The notes below the pieces were generated by a model that had not been told where the DNA came from, did not search any database, and worked only from the letters and a program-made list of their open reading frames with translations. A program made the position numbers and the translations under genes. A DNA stretch of 64,000 bases from an uncultured Chloroflexia bacterium (GTDB lineage: Bacteria > Chloroflexota > Limnocylindria > QHBO01), in the NCBI GenBank assembly GCA_963814375.1, contig CAWFCQ010000007.1:224001-288000 (forward strand), given 5' to 3'. This document shows, piece by piece, positions 11,091-24,621 of this stretch. The first letter of the stretch is position 1, and each line of letters begins with the position of its first letter.

Positions 11091-12191
11091 CTAGGACGCC
11101 CGCGCCAGCCTGAGCGTCGATCGCACCGTGCCGGAGCTGGCCCCACGTGGATCGACGATGGGCGGGGAGGCGTACTCGGCCAGCGCCACGGGCAGCGGAT
11201 CCCCCGCCAGCCCCAGCTGCCGGATGATGGCGATGGCGGTCACGTCGCCCGCCCGGCGCGCCAGGTTGCCGTCCTCGATCTTGGCCGCGATTCCCATCGG
11301 CCCGGCGCCGAACGGGCCGGGAGGCTTGACCGCTCCAGGCGGCAGCGCCAGCGCCAGGACGCCCTCGGCCCCTCCCTTGCTCACGATGCGCTTCGGAAAC
11401 GCTCTCATCAGGGCCGTGTCGATGCGACGACGCTCGCCGGCCACCAGCTCCGGATGCTCCATCATCGCGTCACGGATCCGAGTCAGCGCCGAGCGGAGGG
11501 GAGGGTCGGCCACCGCCGACGGATCGGCCAGCCGCGCGAAGGCGGTGGCCAGGCCGCGAAGCGGCATGCCGAAGGTCACGACCCCGCAACCATCCACGGC
11601 GGTGGCGACCTCCTCGATCGGGACGTCGGACAGCGCCGAGACGGTCTCGAGCGCGAGTCGCTGCACCGGGTGGTCGGGGTCCCAGTACGTATCGATCGGC
11701 CAGCCGGAGGCCTTCGCGAACAGCACCATCCCGGCGTGCTTGCCCGAGCAGTTGCCCCGAAGGGCGTTCGGCTTCTCGCCGTCGCGCAGCAGCCGCTGGG
11801 CCGTCTCCGCGTCGTAGGGCGCGTGGACCTGGTTCTGGAGGACCGCGCTCGTCAGGCCGGCGCCGCGCAGGATCTCCTGGACGAGGCGCACATGCCGATC
11901 CTCCCCGTTGTGGCTGGCCGACATGATCGCCAGCGCATCGGTGCCGAGCCGATACTCGTCGAAGCGTCCGGAGGCCACGAACGGTGCGAGCTGAAAGGGC
12001 TTCGCGCTGGATCGGATGAAGATGAACTGGTCGGGGTCACCGACCGACGCCATCAGTTCGCCATCGGCCGCGACCACGGCCACCGATCCACGATGGACGG
12101 ACTCGACGCGTTCGCCCCGCGTGACCTCGACGAGGATCGGTGGCGCGGACGCTGGGCGACGCGAGGAACGGGCCGGTCGGGCGTCGGCCAC
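11091..12191 (-). CDS. L-asparaginase II family (rhizobial AnsA type)
   Basis: RGERVESVHRG, RSSAKPFQ, SASHNGE, NCSGKHAGM, DGCG, KGGAEG, KIEDG. Confidence 0.88.
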   Translation of the reverse strand: MADARPARSSRRPASAPPILVEVTRGERVESVHRGSVAVVAADGELMASVGDPDQFIFIRSSAKPFQLAPFVASGRFDEYRLGTDALAIMSASHNGEDRHVRLVQEILRGAGLTSAVLQNQVHAPYDAETAQRLLRDGEKPNALRGNCSGKHAGMVLFAKASGWPIDTYWDPDHPVQRLALETVSALSDVPIEEVATAVDGCGVVTFGMPLRGLATAFARLADPSAVADPPLRSALTRIRDAMMEHPELVAGERRRIDTALMRAFPKRIVSKGGAEGVLALALPPGAVKPPGPFGAGPMGIAAKIEDGNLARRAGDVTAIAIIRQLGLAGDPLPVALAEYASPPIVDPRGASSGTVRSTLRLARAS

Positions 12192-12218
12192 CGAATGAGG
12201 TCTGAGGTCGGACCTGGC

Positions 12219-12869
12219 TCAGCCGCCCTGGCCGGCCGGCTGGCCCTCGCGCTGCTCAGCTCCGGCCGCGGCGCCTTCTGCGTCGCCGCCCTCGCCCTTG
12301 CCGAAGATGCTGCCAGCCGCGTTGCCGGCGGATCCACCGCTGGCGTTGCCGCCCTGGCGCTGCGCCGGCTGACCGGGCTGCGGGGCTGCGGGGGCCGTCG
12401 GTCGTGCGCCGGGCTCGCGGGTCATGGTCACGCCGCCCTCCCAGTGGGCGCCTTCCTTCACGACCAGGACCTGGGTCTTGATGCTGCCCTTGACGCGACC
12501 GGTCGAGCCGATCTCGAAGCGGCCACCGCAGTCGACATCACCCTCGTAGTCGCCGTTGACGATGACGTTATGCGCGGTGATGGCGCTGCGGACGCGCGCC
12601 TGCGGGCTGATGATCAGGGTGCCCTGGCACTCGATCTCGCCCTGCGCCTCGCCCTCGATCCGCAGGTCGCGGTCGCTGACGTACTTCCCGTTGAATCGGG
12701 CGTGGGGATCGATGACCGACTCGTTGCCGCGGTCCGAACCGCGCGGGAATTCGCTGGCTGGCTGTGCCACGTCCACCTCACTCGTCAGGCTATCCGGATA
12801 CAGGTTCCCGACGACGTCCTCGCGCGAAAGGCTGTCCGGCTTGGTTTCTCGTTTCGATCCGAAGACCAT
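12219..12869 (-). CDS. Bactofilin (polymer-forming cytoskeletal protein)
   Basis: Beta-helix pattern SVID...LRIEG...GEI...VIVNG...GDV...EIGSTGRVKGSI...LVVKEGA; low-complexity tails. Confidence 0.88.
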   Translation of the reverse strand: MVFGSKRETKPDSLSREDVVGNLYPDSLTSEVDVAQPASEFPRGSDRGNESVIDPHARFNGKYVSDRDLRIEGEAQGEIECQGTLIISPQARVRSAITAHNVIVNGDYEGDVDCGGRFEIGSTGRVKGSIKTQVLVVKEGAHWEGGVTMTREPGARPTAPAAPQPGQPAQRQGGNASGGSAGNAAGSIFGKGEGGDAEGAAAGAEQREGQPAGQGG

Positions 12870-13210
12870 GCTCTCCTAACCTCCTGGAATACGGTCCGGC
12901 GACGGGCTGGGCACGGTCCGTGGCGCGCTGGTGCGTACAGGGACCGATAGCCTAGCAGCATGTCGGCGATGGAGGTAGATCCACCCCAGACCACCGCACG
13001 CCGCATACCACCGTCGTCCGCCGCCGCGCGATCTCGTGGTCACGACACTTCGCGATCGATTCACCGGACGGCGTTCTCAGGCAGCGTTGCCGCGATTTAT
13101 CGAGGGCGGCCACGCCAGAGCAGCACCCCGAGGTGCGGTTCGTGCGGGCTGGGTCGCGATGAATCCCGAGAACCGCACCTGCAGTGGCCTTCAGGCGCTT
13201 TCGCCGCGAT

Positions 13211-13978
13211 CTATCCCGACGCGGCCTGAATTGCGCGGGCTACTGCCGTGGCAAGCGCCTCGACCCGGTCCAGGGGAAGCGGATCGTCCCGATCACCCCG
13301 CCGCAGCGCGAGCGCGTGCGTGACGAGCGCCGCATCGGCTCCTTTCTCGATGGCCCAGGCGGCTGCCTCGGCCTTTGACGACCAGCGGCCGGTCGCGGCC
13401 CAGCGCCAAGCCCGACAGTCGTTGAGGACACGGTTCGGGGCGAGCGGCTCGTTCGCGGCATACCACGCCTGGGCAGCCGTGAGCGCGGCGAGGACGTCGG
13501 CACGGGCAACATGGCCGAAGAGCTCCGCTCCACGCGGTCCCGTCAGCGTCACCGATGCGTGCGCCGCGGCGGCCAGATCGAGCACGAACCAGAACGCAGG
13601 CTCGTTCGCCGGATCGGTGGTCAGGTGGTCATCCATTGCCGGCCCGGTGTTCAGGTTCAGCTCGAATGCCGGCCGCGGGCCAGGATCGGCGACCGCGGCC
13701 CTGCGGTAAACGACCAGCTCGAGCTTCGAAGCCGGGCACGGCAGGCTGCCGTGACGGACGGCGCCGGCAAGAGCCGCCTTCCGCTCGGCTGACATAGGGC
13801 TCGCGACCACCAGCACCACATCGATGTCGCTCCGGCCGGCCAGGTAGTCGTCTCGCGCGCCGGAGTTGACGACGTAGGCGCCGACGAGCTCATCGCCGAG
13901 GACCCCGCGCGCCCGCGCCACAAGGCGCTCGAGGTAGCTCGCGGTGGGAGAGTCATCCAGCGCCTGCATGCCGCCCAT
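13211..13978 (-). CDS. Nucleotidyltransferase with DUF4111-like (AadA C-terminal-like) domain
   Basis: [10 protein letters not shown]...SDIDV pol-beta motif; VLNDCRAW and [10 protein letters not shown]. Confidence 0.7.
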   Translation of the reverse strand: MGGMQALDDSPTASYLERLVARARGVLGDELVGAYVVNSGARDDYLAGRSDIDVVLVVASPMSAERKAALAGAVRHGSLPCPASKLELVVYRRAAVADPGPRPAFELNLNTGPAMDDHLTTDPANEPAFWFVLDLAAAAHASVTLTGPRGAELFGHVARADVLAALTAAQAWYAANEPLAPNRVLNDCRAWRWAATGRWSSKAEAAAWAIEKGADAALVTHALALRRGDRDDPLPLDRVEALATAVARAIQAASG

Positions 13979-14010
13979 TGTCGGCCTGCCCGACGACTAT
14001 GATTCCGCCG

Positions 14011-14718
14011 ATGTCCGCCCACGTCAGCACGCATCCGCTCGTCGCACACAAGCTGGCAATCCTCCGCGATCGGACGACCGAGCCGAAGCGGTTCAGAGAG
14101 CTGGTCCGTGAGCTGACCTGGCTGCTCGGGTACGAGGCGATGGCCGACCTCGCCACGCGCGATCGCGAGGTCGAGACCCCTCTCGAGACGGTCACCGGCG
14201 CCGAGGTCGAGCCGCGCGTCGGGCTGGTGCCGGTCCTGCGCGCCGGCCTCGGCATGGTCGAGGCGATGCTCGAGCTGATCCCGACGGCCGAGGTCTGGCA
14301 CATCGGTCTCTACCGCGACGAGCGGACCCTGAAGCCGGTCGAGTATTACAACAAGCTGCCGGATGCCGCGACCGTCCAGCTCTGCCTCATCCTCGATCCG
14401 ATGCTCGCCACCGGGGGCTCGGCGGCCGCCACGGTCGACATCCTCAAGGCGTGGGGCGCGGCGCGGGTCAAGCAGGTCTCGCTCATCGCCGCACCCGAGG
14501 GCGTCTCGACGCTCTCGAACGCCCACCCCGACGTCGACATCCACGTCGCAGCGCTCGACTCGCACCTCAACGAGCGCGGGTACATCGTTCCCGGACTCGG
14601 CGATGCCGGCGATCGCCAGTTCGGCACTTTCGCCGGTCCCGGCTCGGAGCCCGGCCATGGACCCGACGACGAGACCGCCGAGGTGGTCCGCCGCCTTCAG
14701 CGCGACCTCGAGGGCTGA
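14011..14718 (+). CDS. upp: Uracil phosphoribosyltransferase
   Basis: [40 protein letters not shown]. Confidence 0.96.
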   Translation: MSAHVSTHPLVAHKLAILRDRTTEPKRFRELVRELTWLLGYEAMADLATRDREVETPLETVTGAEVEPRVGLVPVLRAGLGMVEAMLELIPTAEVWHIGLYRDERTLKPVEYYNKLPDAATVQLCLILDPMLATGGSAAATVDILKAWGAARVKQVSLIAAPEGVSTLSNAHPDVDIHVAALDSHLNERGYIVPGLGDAGDRQFGTFAGPGSEPGHGPDDETAEVVRRLQRDLEG

Positions 14719-14873
14719 CGCGGGGCACAGAAATGTCCCGAAGGAACCGCCGCCGGACCATTGATGCAATCTCTGGTGCCGTTGGCTGCCCCTTCGGGAC
14801 GACCGAAGGATATCGGCGCCGACGAGGTCCCCGCAATCCCGGTTCTCCACGAGCTTCCGAGGGCGGCGGTGGC

Positions 14874-14893
14874 TTATCCACAGGTTATCCACA
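14874..14893 (+). promoter_or_regulatory. Two tandem perfect DnaA boxes
   Basis: TTATCCACA at 14874-14882 and 14885-14893; weaker TTCTCCACG at 14843. Confidence 0.7.
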
Positions 14894-14955
14894 GACGTGG
14901 ACATTGATCAGGCATTGACAGTGGGAGCCGAGCCGGCCGCTGATACGCTGCCTGC

Positions 14956-15459
14956 ATGAGCCTGACCGTCCCAGTTTGTCCCCGCTGCGCGACCACTGGG
15001 GAGCAGCCCCTGGTCTGCGATCGTTGCTCGTGGCGCTGGTACGCCAACCCCAAGCCGGCCGCCGCGGTGCTGCTCGAGCGCACCGAGGATGACGAGGCTG
15101 AGCCATCGATCCTGCTGCTGCGGCGGGCGGTCGAGCCCGGCCTCGGGGATTGGGACCTGCCCGCCGGCTACCTCGACCCGGGAGAGTCGTTCGAGATGGC
15201 GGCCCGGCGCGAGACACGCGAGGAGGCGGGGGTCGACGTCGAGCTCGTCGGACTGGCTGGCCTGTATCACTCGCCGATGGCCAACGCGGTCACCGCGGTC
15301 TTCCGCGCCCGCGCCGTGGACGCCGACGCGCAGATCGCGGTGGACTTCGAGTCGAGCGACCACGCGTGGGTCGCTCGCTCCGACGTGGCGGCGTGGCTGC
15401 CCAGGCTCGCCTTCCCGTCGATGGCCGCCGCAGTCGCGGACTGGGCCGACGCGGGCTGA
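14956..15459 (+). CDS. NUDIX hydrolase with N-terminal zinc ribbon
   Basis: CPRC...CDRC, YANPKP, Nudix box GYLDPGESFEMAARRETREEAG. Confidence 0.9.
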   Translation: MSLTVPVCPRCATTGEQPLVCDRCSWRWYANPKPAAAVLLERTEDDEAEPSILLLRRAVEPGLGDWDLPAGYLDPGESFEMAARRETREEAGVDVELVGLAGLYHSPMANAVTAVFRARAVDADAQIAVDFESSDHAWVARSDVAAWLPRLAFPSMAAAVADWADAG

Positions 15460-15525
15460 TCGCGCGCGCCTGACGGCCCGGCACGCTGCGCTACACTCGC
15501 TCGCGATTCACTTCGCAGGAGACCG

Positions 15526-16522
15526 ATGCCCGACTCCACCGTCCGGGTCGCGGTGACCGGCGCCGCCGGTCAGATCGGCTACGCGCTGCTCTTCCGGATC
15601 GCGTCGGGCCAGGCTTTCGGCCCTGATACCCCGGTCGCCCTCCAGCTCCTGGAGCTCGAGGCGGCGCTGCCCGCGCTCGATGGCGTCCGGATGGAGCTGG
15701 ACGACTGCGCCTTTCCCCTCCTCACCGATGTGGTCGCGACCTCCGACACCGATGAGGCGTTCAGCGGTGCGAACTGGGCGCTCCTGGTCGGGGCCGTCCC
15801 GCGTCGCGAGGGGATGGAGCGCAAGGACCTGCTGACGATCAATGGCGGCATCTTCACCGGTCAGGGGGAGGCGATCGCTCGAAACGCCGCCGATGACTGC
15901 CGCGTGCTCGTCGTGGGCAACCCCTGCAATACCAACGCGCTGATCGGATCCACGGCCGCCGCCCGCCACGGCATGCCGTCCGACCGATGGTTCGCGATGA
16001 CGATGCTCGACGAGAGCCGGGCCCGCACCCAGCTGGCGGCGAAGGCCCGGGTGCCAGTCGCCGAGGTCACCGACCTCGCCATCTGGGGCAACCACTCGTC
16101 GACCCAGTTTCCCGACGCATGGCACGCGTCGATCGGCGGTCGGCCCGCTCCGGAGGTGATCGACGACGAGGAGTGGCTGCGCGGCGAGTTCATCGCCACC
16201 GTCCAGCAGCGCGGCGCTGCCATCATCAAGGCGCGCGGCCAGTCGAGTGCCGCCAGCGCGGCCAATGCGGTCATCGACACCGTGCGCAACGTGGCGCGCC
16301 CGACGGGCCAGACCTTCTCATCGGCGATTCCCGGCGCCGGCCAGCGGCGGCTACGACGTGCCAGAGGGGCTGGTGTTCGGCTATCCCCTTCGGGCCACCG
16401 CCCCGGGGAGCGTCGAGATCGTGCAGGGCGTCGAGCACGGCGAGTTCGCCCGCGGCAAGCTCGATGCGACCACGACCGAGCTCCTCGAGGAGCGGGCCGC
16501 GGTCGAGGAGCTCGTGGCATGA
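15526..16522 (+). CDS. mdh: Malate dehydrogenase (frameshift near 16335)
   Basis: [39 protein letters not shown]; C-terminus [12 protein letters not shown]...EELVA in ORF 16247. Confidence 0.93.
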
Positions 16523-17826
16523 CGGCGAACTCACCCACCCGCACCGAGGCCGCCACGCTCCGCATCGGCAACCGGGAGGTCGACCTTCCCCTGGTGCGCG
16601 GCAGCGAGGGCGACGACGCTATCGACATCGGCAGGCTGCGCGCCGAGACGGGGCTCATCACGCTGGACCCCGGCTACGGAAACACCGGGGCGGCGACCAG
16701 CGCCATCACCTTCCTCGATGGTGAGGAGGGCATCCTCCGTTATCGCGGCTATCCCATCGAGCAGCTGGCCGAGCACTCGACCTTCCTCGAGGTCGCCTAC
16801 CTGCTCATCTGGGGCGAGCTGCCGACCCGCCAGCAGCTCGATCGGTTCAGTACCGAGGTGACGCACCACACACTCATCCGCGAGGAGATGCGCCACTTCT
16901 TCGACTCCTTCCCGGCCGATGCGCACCCGATGGCGGTGCTCGCCTCGGGCGTGGTCGGGATGAGCACGTTCTATCCGGACAGCCAGAACATCTTCGATCC
17001 GGACTCGGTCGAGGTGACCATCAATCGGCTCATCGCCAAGCTCCCGACGCTGGCGGCCTGGTCGTTCAAGAAGGCGATCGGCCAGCCGTACGTGTACCCG
17101 CGCAACGATCTGGGCTATTCGGCGAACCTGCTGCACATGATGTTCGCGGTCCCGTCGGAGTCTTACGAGGTCGACCCACAGGTTGCGAAGGCGCTTGACC
17201 TGCTCCTGATCCTCCACGCCGATCACGAGCAGAACGCATCGGCCTCGACGGTGCGGCTCGTGGGCAGCACGCACGTCAACCTGTACGCCTCGATCAGCGC
17301 CGGGATCAGCGCGCTGTGGGGGCCGCTGCACGGCGGGGCGAACGAGGCGGTCATCAACACCCTCGAGCGGATCGTGGCCGACGGGGGCAACGTCCAGAAG
17401 TGGGTCGACCGCGCCAAGGACCCGAACGACAGCTTCCGCCTCGCGGGGTTCGGCCATCGCGTGTACAAGAGCTTCGACCCGCGCGCCACGATCATCAAGG
17501 CGGCTGCGGACCGCGTGCTCGCGGCCACAGGCGCCGATGAGGCCCTGTTCGAGGTGGCCCAGCGGCTCGAGGAGGTCGCCCTGCACGACGAGTACTTTGT
17601 CAGCCGCAAGCTCTATCCCAACGTGGACTTCTACTCCGGGCTCATCTACCGCGCCATCGGCTTCCCCAAGAACATGTTCACGAACTGCTTCGCGATCGGC
17701 CGACTGCCGGGCTGGATCGCTCAATGGCAGGAGATGATGTCGGCGGCCGAGACCAAGATCGGGCGGCCGCGCCAGGTGTACGTCGGCCCGGGAATCCGGG
17801 ACTACGTTGCGATCGAGCAGCGCTGA
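16519..17826 (+). CDS. gltA: Citrate synthase (type II)
   Basis: [49 protein letters not shown]; ATGA overlap with mdh. Confidence 0.96.
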   Translation: MTANSPTRTEAATLRIGNREVDLPLVRGSEGDDAIDIGRLRAETGLITLDPGYGNTGAATSAITFLDGEEGILRYRGYPIEQLAEHSTFLEVAYLLIWGELPTRQQLDRFSTEVTHHTLIREEMRHFFDSFPADAHPMAVLASGVVGMSTFYPDSQNIFDPDSVEVTINRLIAKLPTLAAWSFKKAIGQPYVYPRNDLGYSANLLHMMFAVPSESYEVDPQVAKALDLLLILHADHEQNASASTVRLVGSTHVNLYASISAGISALWGPLHGGANEAVINTLERIVADGGNVQKWVDRAKDPNDSFRLAGFGHRVYKSFDPRATIIKAAADRVLAATGADEALFEVAQRLEEVALHDEYFVSRKLYPNVDFYSGLIYRAIGFPKNMFTNCFAIGRLPGWIAQWQEMMSAAETKIGRPRQVYVGPGIRDYVAIEQR

Positions 17827-18591
17827 ATGCGCCTGACGATCATGGGCCGATCCCCGGCTTCGCCCAACCCGGGCGAGGCCTGCGCCGGCTACCTCGTGGA
17901 GGGCGGCGGGGCGCGCGTCCTGGTCGACATCGGCCCCGGGGTGGTTGCCCAGCTCGTGAAGCGCCACCATCCCGACGAGCTCGACGCGGTGGTCATCAGC
18001 CACATGCACGCCGACCACATGCTCGACCTCGTCACGTTGCGCTACGTGTATCCCTGGCGCGCGAGGCCCAAGGACCAGCGCCTGCGCGTGATCATGCCGC
18101 CGGGGTCTGCGGACCAGATTCTCGACCTGGCCAAGGGCGTCGGCAGCGCCGACCACTTCGAAGCCTGCTTCCGGCTCTCCGAGCACGACGGCACCTCGGA
18201 GATGAGCTTCGGCAGCATGTCCCTGACGCCGGTCCAGACCCAGCACTACATCCCGTGCTGGGGCTTCCGCATCGAGGCCGATGGCCGCCGTCTCGCCTAC
18301 ACAGCCGACACCGCTCCCTGCGGCGGCCTCACCGATCTCGCCGATGGTCCGGACCTGCTCCTGGCGGAGGCGACGCTGCGCTCGCTCGACGAGGATGCGG
18401 CACCGCCGGAGCCCCGTGGCCACATCACGCCCGAGGAAGCCGGCATCGCCGGTCGTGAAGGCGCCGCACGCCGGCTGATGCTCACCCACCTTCCGGTCAA
18501 CGGCGACGGCGCCTGGGCCCGGACCAGCGCATCGGAGGCGTTCGGCTCCGACGTAGAGATCGCCGAGCCGTCCCGCACCTACGAGGTCTGA
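17827..18591 (+). CDS. MBL-fold metallo-hydrolase (RNase Z/BN-like or cyclic-nucleotide phosphodiesterase-like)
   Basis: SHMHADH, YTADT, LLAEAT, GHIT, LTHL. Confidence 0.85.
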   Translation: MRLTIMGRSPASPNPGEACAGYLVEGGGARVLVDIGPGVVAQLVKRHHPDELDAVVISHMHADHMLDLVTLRYVYPWRARPKDQRLRVIMPPGSADQILDLAKGVGSADHFEACFRLSEHDGTSEMSFGSMSLTPVQTQHYIPCWGFRIEADGRRLAYTADTAPCGGLTDLADGPDLLLAEATLRSLDEDAAPPEPRGHITPEEAGIAGREGAARRLMLTHLPVNGDGAWARTSASEAFGSDVEIAEPSRTYEV

Positions 18592-18668
18592 TCGCTCTCC
18601 AGCAGGGTGACCAGCTCTTCGAGCTCCTCGGTCCAGCCTGATCGTCGCGATTGACAGCCGCGATACCC

Positions 18669-18692
18669 TACCAATCAAACGTTCGTTTGGTA
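18669..18692. promoter_or_regulatory. TetR-type operator palindrome upstream of the beta-oxidation operon
   Basis: CAAACG-TT-CGTTTG (18676-18689) within TACCAA...TTGGTA; TTGACA at 18651. Confidence 0.7.
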
Positions 18693-18711
18693 ACTGAGCC
18701 CAGCCCGTCGC

Positions 18712-19292
18712 ATGACCACCTCGCTCCCAGCCCGCCCTCGCGAAGCGGAGCTCCACGCCACCGCAACCCGCCTCTTCCGGGAGCGCGGCTATCACGCGAC
18801 CTCGATGCAGGACCTCGGCGAGGCGCTCGGCATGAACCGGGGCAGCATCTACCACTACATCACCGGCAAGGACGAGCTGCTCTGGGCCATCCTCAACCGC
18901 GCGCTCGACCTGCTGGAGGCCCGCGTGCACCCGGTGCTCGAGGCCGACGCTTCACCGGTCGACCGCCTGACCGGAGCGATCCGCGAGCACCTGCAGGTCG
19001 CCGCCGACCACGCGGATGAGCTCTCGCTGATCCAGATCGAGCTCCGGGCCCTCAGCCGCGAGCGACAGCACGAGATCATCGCGCGCCGCAACGCCTACGA
19101 GAACCGATGGCGGGCCACCCTTGAGGCCGGAATCGCCGATGGCAGCCTGCGGAGCTTCGACGTGCGCCTCGCGGGCATCGGCATCCTCTCGGCCTGCAAC
19201 TGGTTCACGCAGTGGTACCGCCCGTCGGGACCGATGGACGTCGATGAGATCGCCGACGCGTTCTCGGAGCTCTTCCTCGGCGGCCTGCGCTC

Positions 19293-19296
<4 letters not shown>
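18712..19296 (+). CDS. TetR-family regulator (KstR2/PaaR-like)
   Basis: ATRLFRERGYHATSMQDLGEALGMNRGSIYHY; C-terminal NWFTQWYRPSG. Confidence 0.9.
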
Positions 19297-21575
<2,279 letters not shown>

Positions 21576-21593
21576 GATGCCATGAATGGACCG

Positions 21594-22833
21594 ATGAAAC
21601 CAACTGCGCGACGCCGTCATCGTCTCGGCCGCCCGCACCGCCGTCGGCAAGGCGCCTCGTGGCAGCCTGCGCGAGACGCCGCCCTCCGAGCTGGCCATGG
21701 TCGCCGTGCGCGAGGCGCTGGCGCGCGCGCCGGGCCTCGACCCGGAAGAGATCGAGGATCTCGTCCTCGGCTGCGCCATGCCCGAGGGCGCCCAGGGCCT
21801 GAACATGGCGCGCCAGGTCGCGCTCGGCGCCGGCATCAGCGAGCGCGCATCGGCGATGACCATCAACCGGTTCTGCGCCTCGGGCCTCCAGGCGCTGGCG
21901 CTGGCGACGCAGGCGGTCCAGACCGGCGTGCACGATGTCGTCGTCGCCGGCGGGATGGAGTCGATGAGCTACGTGCCGATGATCGGACACCGCTTCAGCC
22001 CCGATCCGACCATGGCCGACGACCGGCCGCAGGTCTATCTCAGCATGGGCCTGACCGCCGAGAACGTGGCCGAGCGCTTCGACGTCGGCCGCGACGCCCA
22101 GGACGCGTGGGGCCTGCGCTCGCACCAGCGCGCATCGGCCGCGCAGCGCGAGGGACGCTTCTTCGACGAGGTGGTGCCGGTGCCCGCGTCGTTGACGGAC
22201 GTCGATGCCGACGGCCGCCCGACCACCCGCGAGGTCGCGTTCGACGCCGACGAGGGCATCCGCCACGACGCCGATGCCGCCCAGATGGCCGGGCTCAAGC
22301 CAGTGTTCGCCGCCGGCGGCAGCGTCACCGCCGGCAACTCATCCCAGATGAGCGACGGCGCCGCGGCCCTGGTCGTGATGGCCGGTGAACGCGCCGCCGC
22401 CCTGGGGCTCAGCCCGCTGGGGCGGCTCGTCAGCTTCGCGACCGCCGGAGTCGATCCGGCGATCATGGGCATCGGGCCGGTCGACGCGGTCCCCAAGGCC
22501 CTCGCCAAGGCGGGGATCTCGCTCGACGACATCGCCGTGACCGAGCTCAACGAGGCGTTCGCCGCGCAGGTCGTCGCCGTCGTGCGCGCAATCGGCCTGG
22601 ACCCCGAGACGACGAACGTCAACGGCGGCGCCATCGCCCTCGGCCACCCGCTCGGCGCCACCGGGGCGAAGCTCTCGGTCCAGATGCTCTCCGAGCTCGC
22701 GCGGCGCGACGCGCGGTACGGGCTGGTCACGATGTGCGTTGGCGGCGGCCAGGGTGCCGCCGGCGTCATCGAATGGCTCGGCGGACGACAGCCGGCGCGC
22801 GCGGCATCGGTGGAGAAGGAGCGAGCCGCATGA
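21594..22833 (+). CDS. fadA: Acetyl-CoA acyltransferase (thiolase); 1-nt insertion just after the start
   Basis: Frame reads QLRDAVIVSAARTAVGK from 21601; NRFCASG, NEAFA, GHPLGATG, MCVGGGQG; ATG 21594 is off by one A. Confidence 0.9.
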
Positions 22834-24599
22834 CCGCCACCGCGCCCCGCACCGCGGTACTGCCGGGTGGCAGCTTCATGATCGGTCCGGTCGAGCCCGG
22901 ATCCGTCTACACGCCCGAGCAGCTGAGCGACGAGCACCGCGCCATCCGCGCCGCGGTCACCGCCTTCGTGGAGAAGGAGGTCACACCGCGGCACGAAGCG
23001 GTCGAGGGCCGCGACCACGCGACGCACCGCGCGCTGCTGGAGCGACTGGGGCGCGACGGCTATCTCGGGATCGACGTGCCGGAGGCGTATGGCGGCGCGG
23101 GGCTCGACCGTATCAGCAGCCTCGTGGTCAGCGAGGCGATCGCCGCTTCGGGATCCTTCGCCGTCACCCACGCCGCGCACACCGGCATCGGCACGCTGCC
23201 CGTCGCCTTCTTCGGCACGGATGCGCAGAAGCGCCGATACCTGCCCGGTCTCGCCGACGGGACGCGGGTCGGGGCGTACTGCCTCACCGAGCCTGCCGCG
23301 GGCTCCGACGCGATGGGAATCCGCACCCGGGCAACCCGAGAGCCGGACGGCCGATGGCGGCTCGACGGAACGAAGCAGTTCATCACCAACGCCGGCTTCG
23401 CCGACCTCTTCACCGTCTACGCCAAGATCGATGGCGAGGCCTTCTCCGCCTTTTTGGTCGAGCGCGACACGCCCGGCCTGGTGATCGGCGCCGAGGAGGA
23501 GAAGATGGGCATGCACGGCGCCTCGACCTGCTCAGTCACGCTGGATCGGGCAGTCATCGCCGAGGACGCGCTGCTCGGGGAGGCGGGCAAGGGCCATCGC
23601 ATCGCCTTCAACGTCCTGAATGTGGGCCGCTTCAAGCTCGGCGCCGCCTGCATGGGCGGGATGCGACCGGCCCTCGGTATCGCGACGCGTTACGCGTCCG
23701 AGCGCACCGCCTTCGGGCGGCGGCTGGCAGACTTCCCACTCATCGGCGCCAAGCTGGCGGCCATCGCCGCGCGGACGTACGCGGTCGAGTCGAGCGTGTA
23801 CCGCATCGGCGGCCTGCTGGAGGGCAGCCTGGCGGTGGCGGAGGATACGACCAGTCCGGAGGCGATCCGCGTGGCGCTCGAGGAGTACGCGATCGAGTGC
23901 TCGATTGCCAAGGTCCTCGCCAGCGAGGAGCTCGACTTCATCGTTGACGAGCTGGTCCAGATTCATGGTGGGTATGGCTACATCGAGGAGTACCCGGCCG
24001 CCGGCTTCTACCGCGACGCTCGCATCCACCGCATATGGGAGGGGACCAACGAGATCAACCGGCTGCTCGTGCCCGGCACGCTGCTCAAGCGTGCCATGAA
24101 GGGACGCCTCGATCTGCTCGGCCCGGCGCAGCGCGCGACCGATGCCCTGCTCGGTGGCGACCTGCCCGAGTTCGACGGACCGTTCGCGACCGAGGACGCC
24201 GCCGTCGCGAATGCGCGCACCGCCACCCTTCTGTTGGCCGGCGCCGCCGTCCAGCGCCACGGCACCGCCATCGAGGAGGAGCAGGAGCTCCTGGCCGGGT
24301 TGGCCGACCTGGCGATCGACCTGTTCGCGATGGAGTCATCTCTCGAGCGCGCACGGGCGGCGGGCGCTGGCGCGGACGCATCGGTGCATGCCGACCTCGC
24401 GCGCCTGGTGGTGGCCGACCGCGCTTCGGCGGTCGAAGCCCGCGCCAAGGCACTGGGCGCTTCGCTGGCGACCGGTGACGAGGCACGCACGCTCGTGGCC
24501 GGCCTTCGCCGTATCCTGCGTGGCGAGCCGGTGGATCGGATCGCCCTGGGCCGCCGGGTGGCGGCGTCCGTCATGGCCCACGGTGGGTATCCCGTATGA
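22830..24599 (+). CDS. Acyl-CoA dehydrogenase (long type)
   Basis: YCLTEPAAGSDA, KQFITNAG, EEKMG, QIHGGYGY, RIWEGTNEI. Confidence 0.93.
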   Translation: MTATAPRTAVLPGGSFMIGPVEPGSVYTPEQLSDEHRAIRAAVTAFVEKEVTPRHEAVEGRDHATHRALLERLGRDGYLGIDVPEAYGGAGLDRISSLVVSEAIAASGSFAVTHAAHTGIGTLPVAFFGTDAQKRRYLPGLADGTRVGAYCLTEPAAGSDAMGIRTRATREPDGRWRLDGTKQFITNAGFADLFTVYAKIDGEAFSAFLVERDTPGLVIGAEEEKMGMHGASTCSVTLDRAVIAEDALLGEAGKGHRIAFNVLNVGRFKLGAACMGGMRPALGIATRYASERTAFGRRLADFPLIGAKLAAIAARTYAVESSVYRIGGLLEGSLAVAEDTTSPEAIRVALEEYAIECSIAKVLASEELDFIVDELVQIHGGYGYIEEYPAAGFYRDARIHRIWEGTNEINRLLVPGTLLKRAMKGRLDLLGPAQRATDALLGGDLPEFDGPFATEDAAVANARTATLLLAGAAVQRHGTAIEEEQELLAGLADLAIDLFAMESSLERARAAGAGADASVHADLARLVVADRASAVEARAKALGASLATGDEARTLVAGLRRILRGEPVDRIALGRRVAASVMAHGGYPV

Positions 24600-24621
24600 G
24601 GAGATGGGAGGAGCCAGACCG

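Noticed and set aside
13211-13978. Aminoglycoside resistance gene
   Set aside because: Only family-level similarity to AadA-like proteins and no mobile context; function cannot be claimed.
15526-17826. Apparent 766-aa Mdh-citrate synthase fusion
   Set aside because: The true Mdh C-terminus lies in another frame ending at 16522, with an ATGA overlap to gltA; frameshift artefact.
18592-18640. Minus-strand fragment GWTEELEELVTLLES resembling an SRPBCC C-terminal helix
   Set aside because: Too short and lacks a start; at best a gene remnant.
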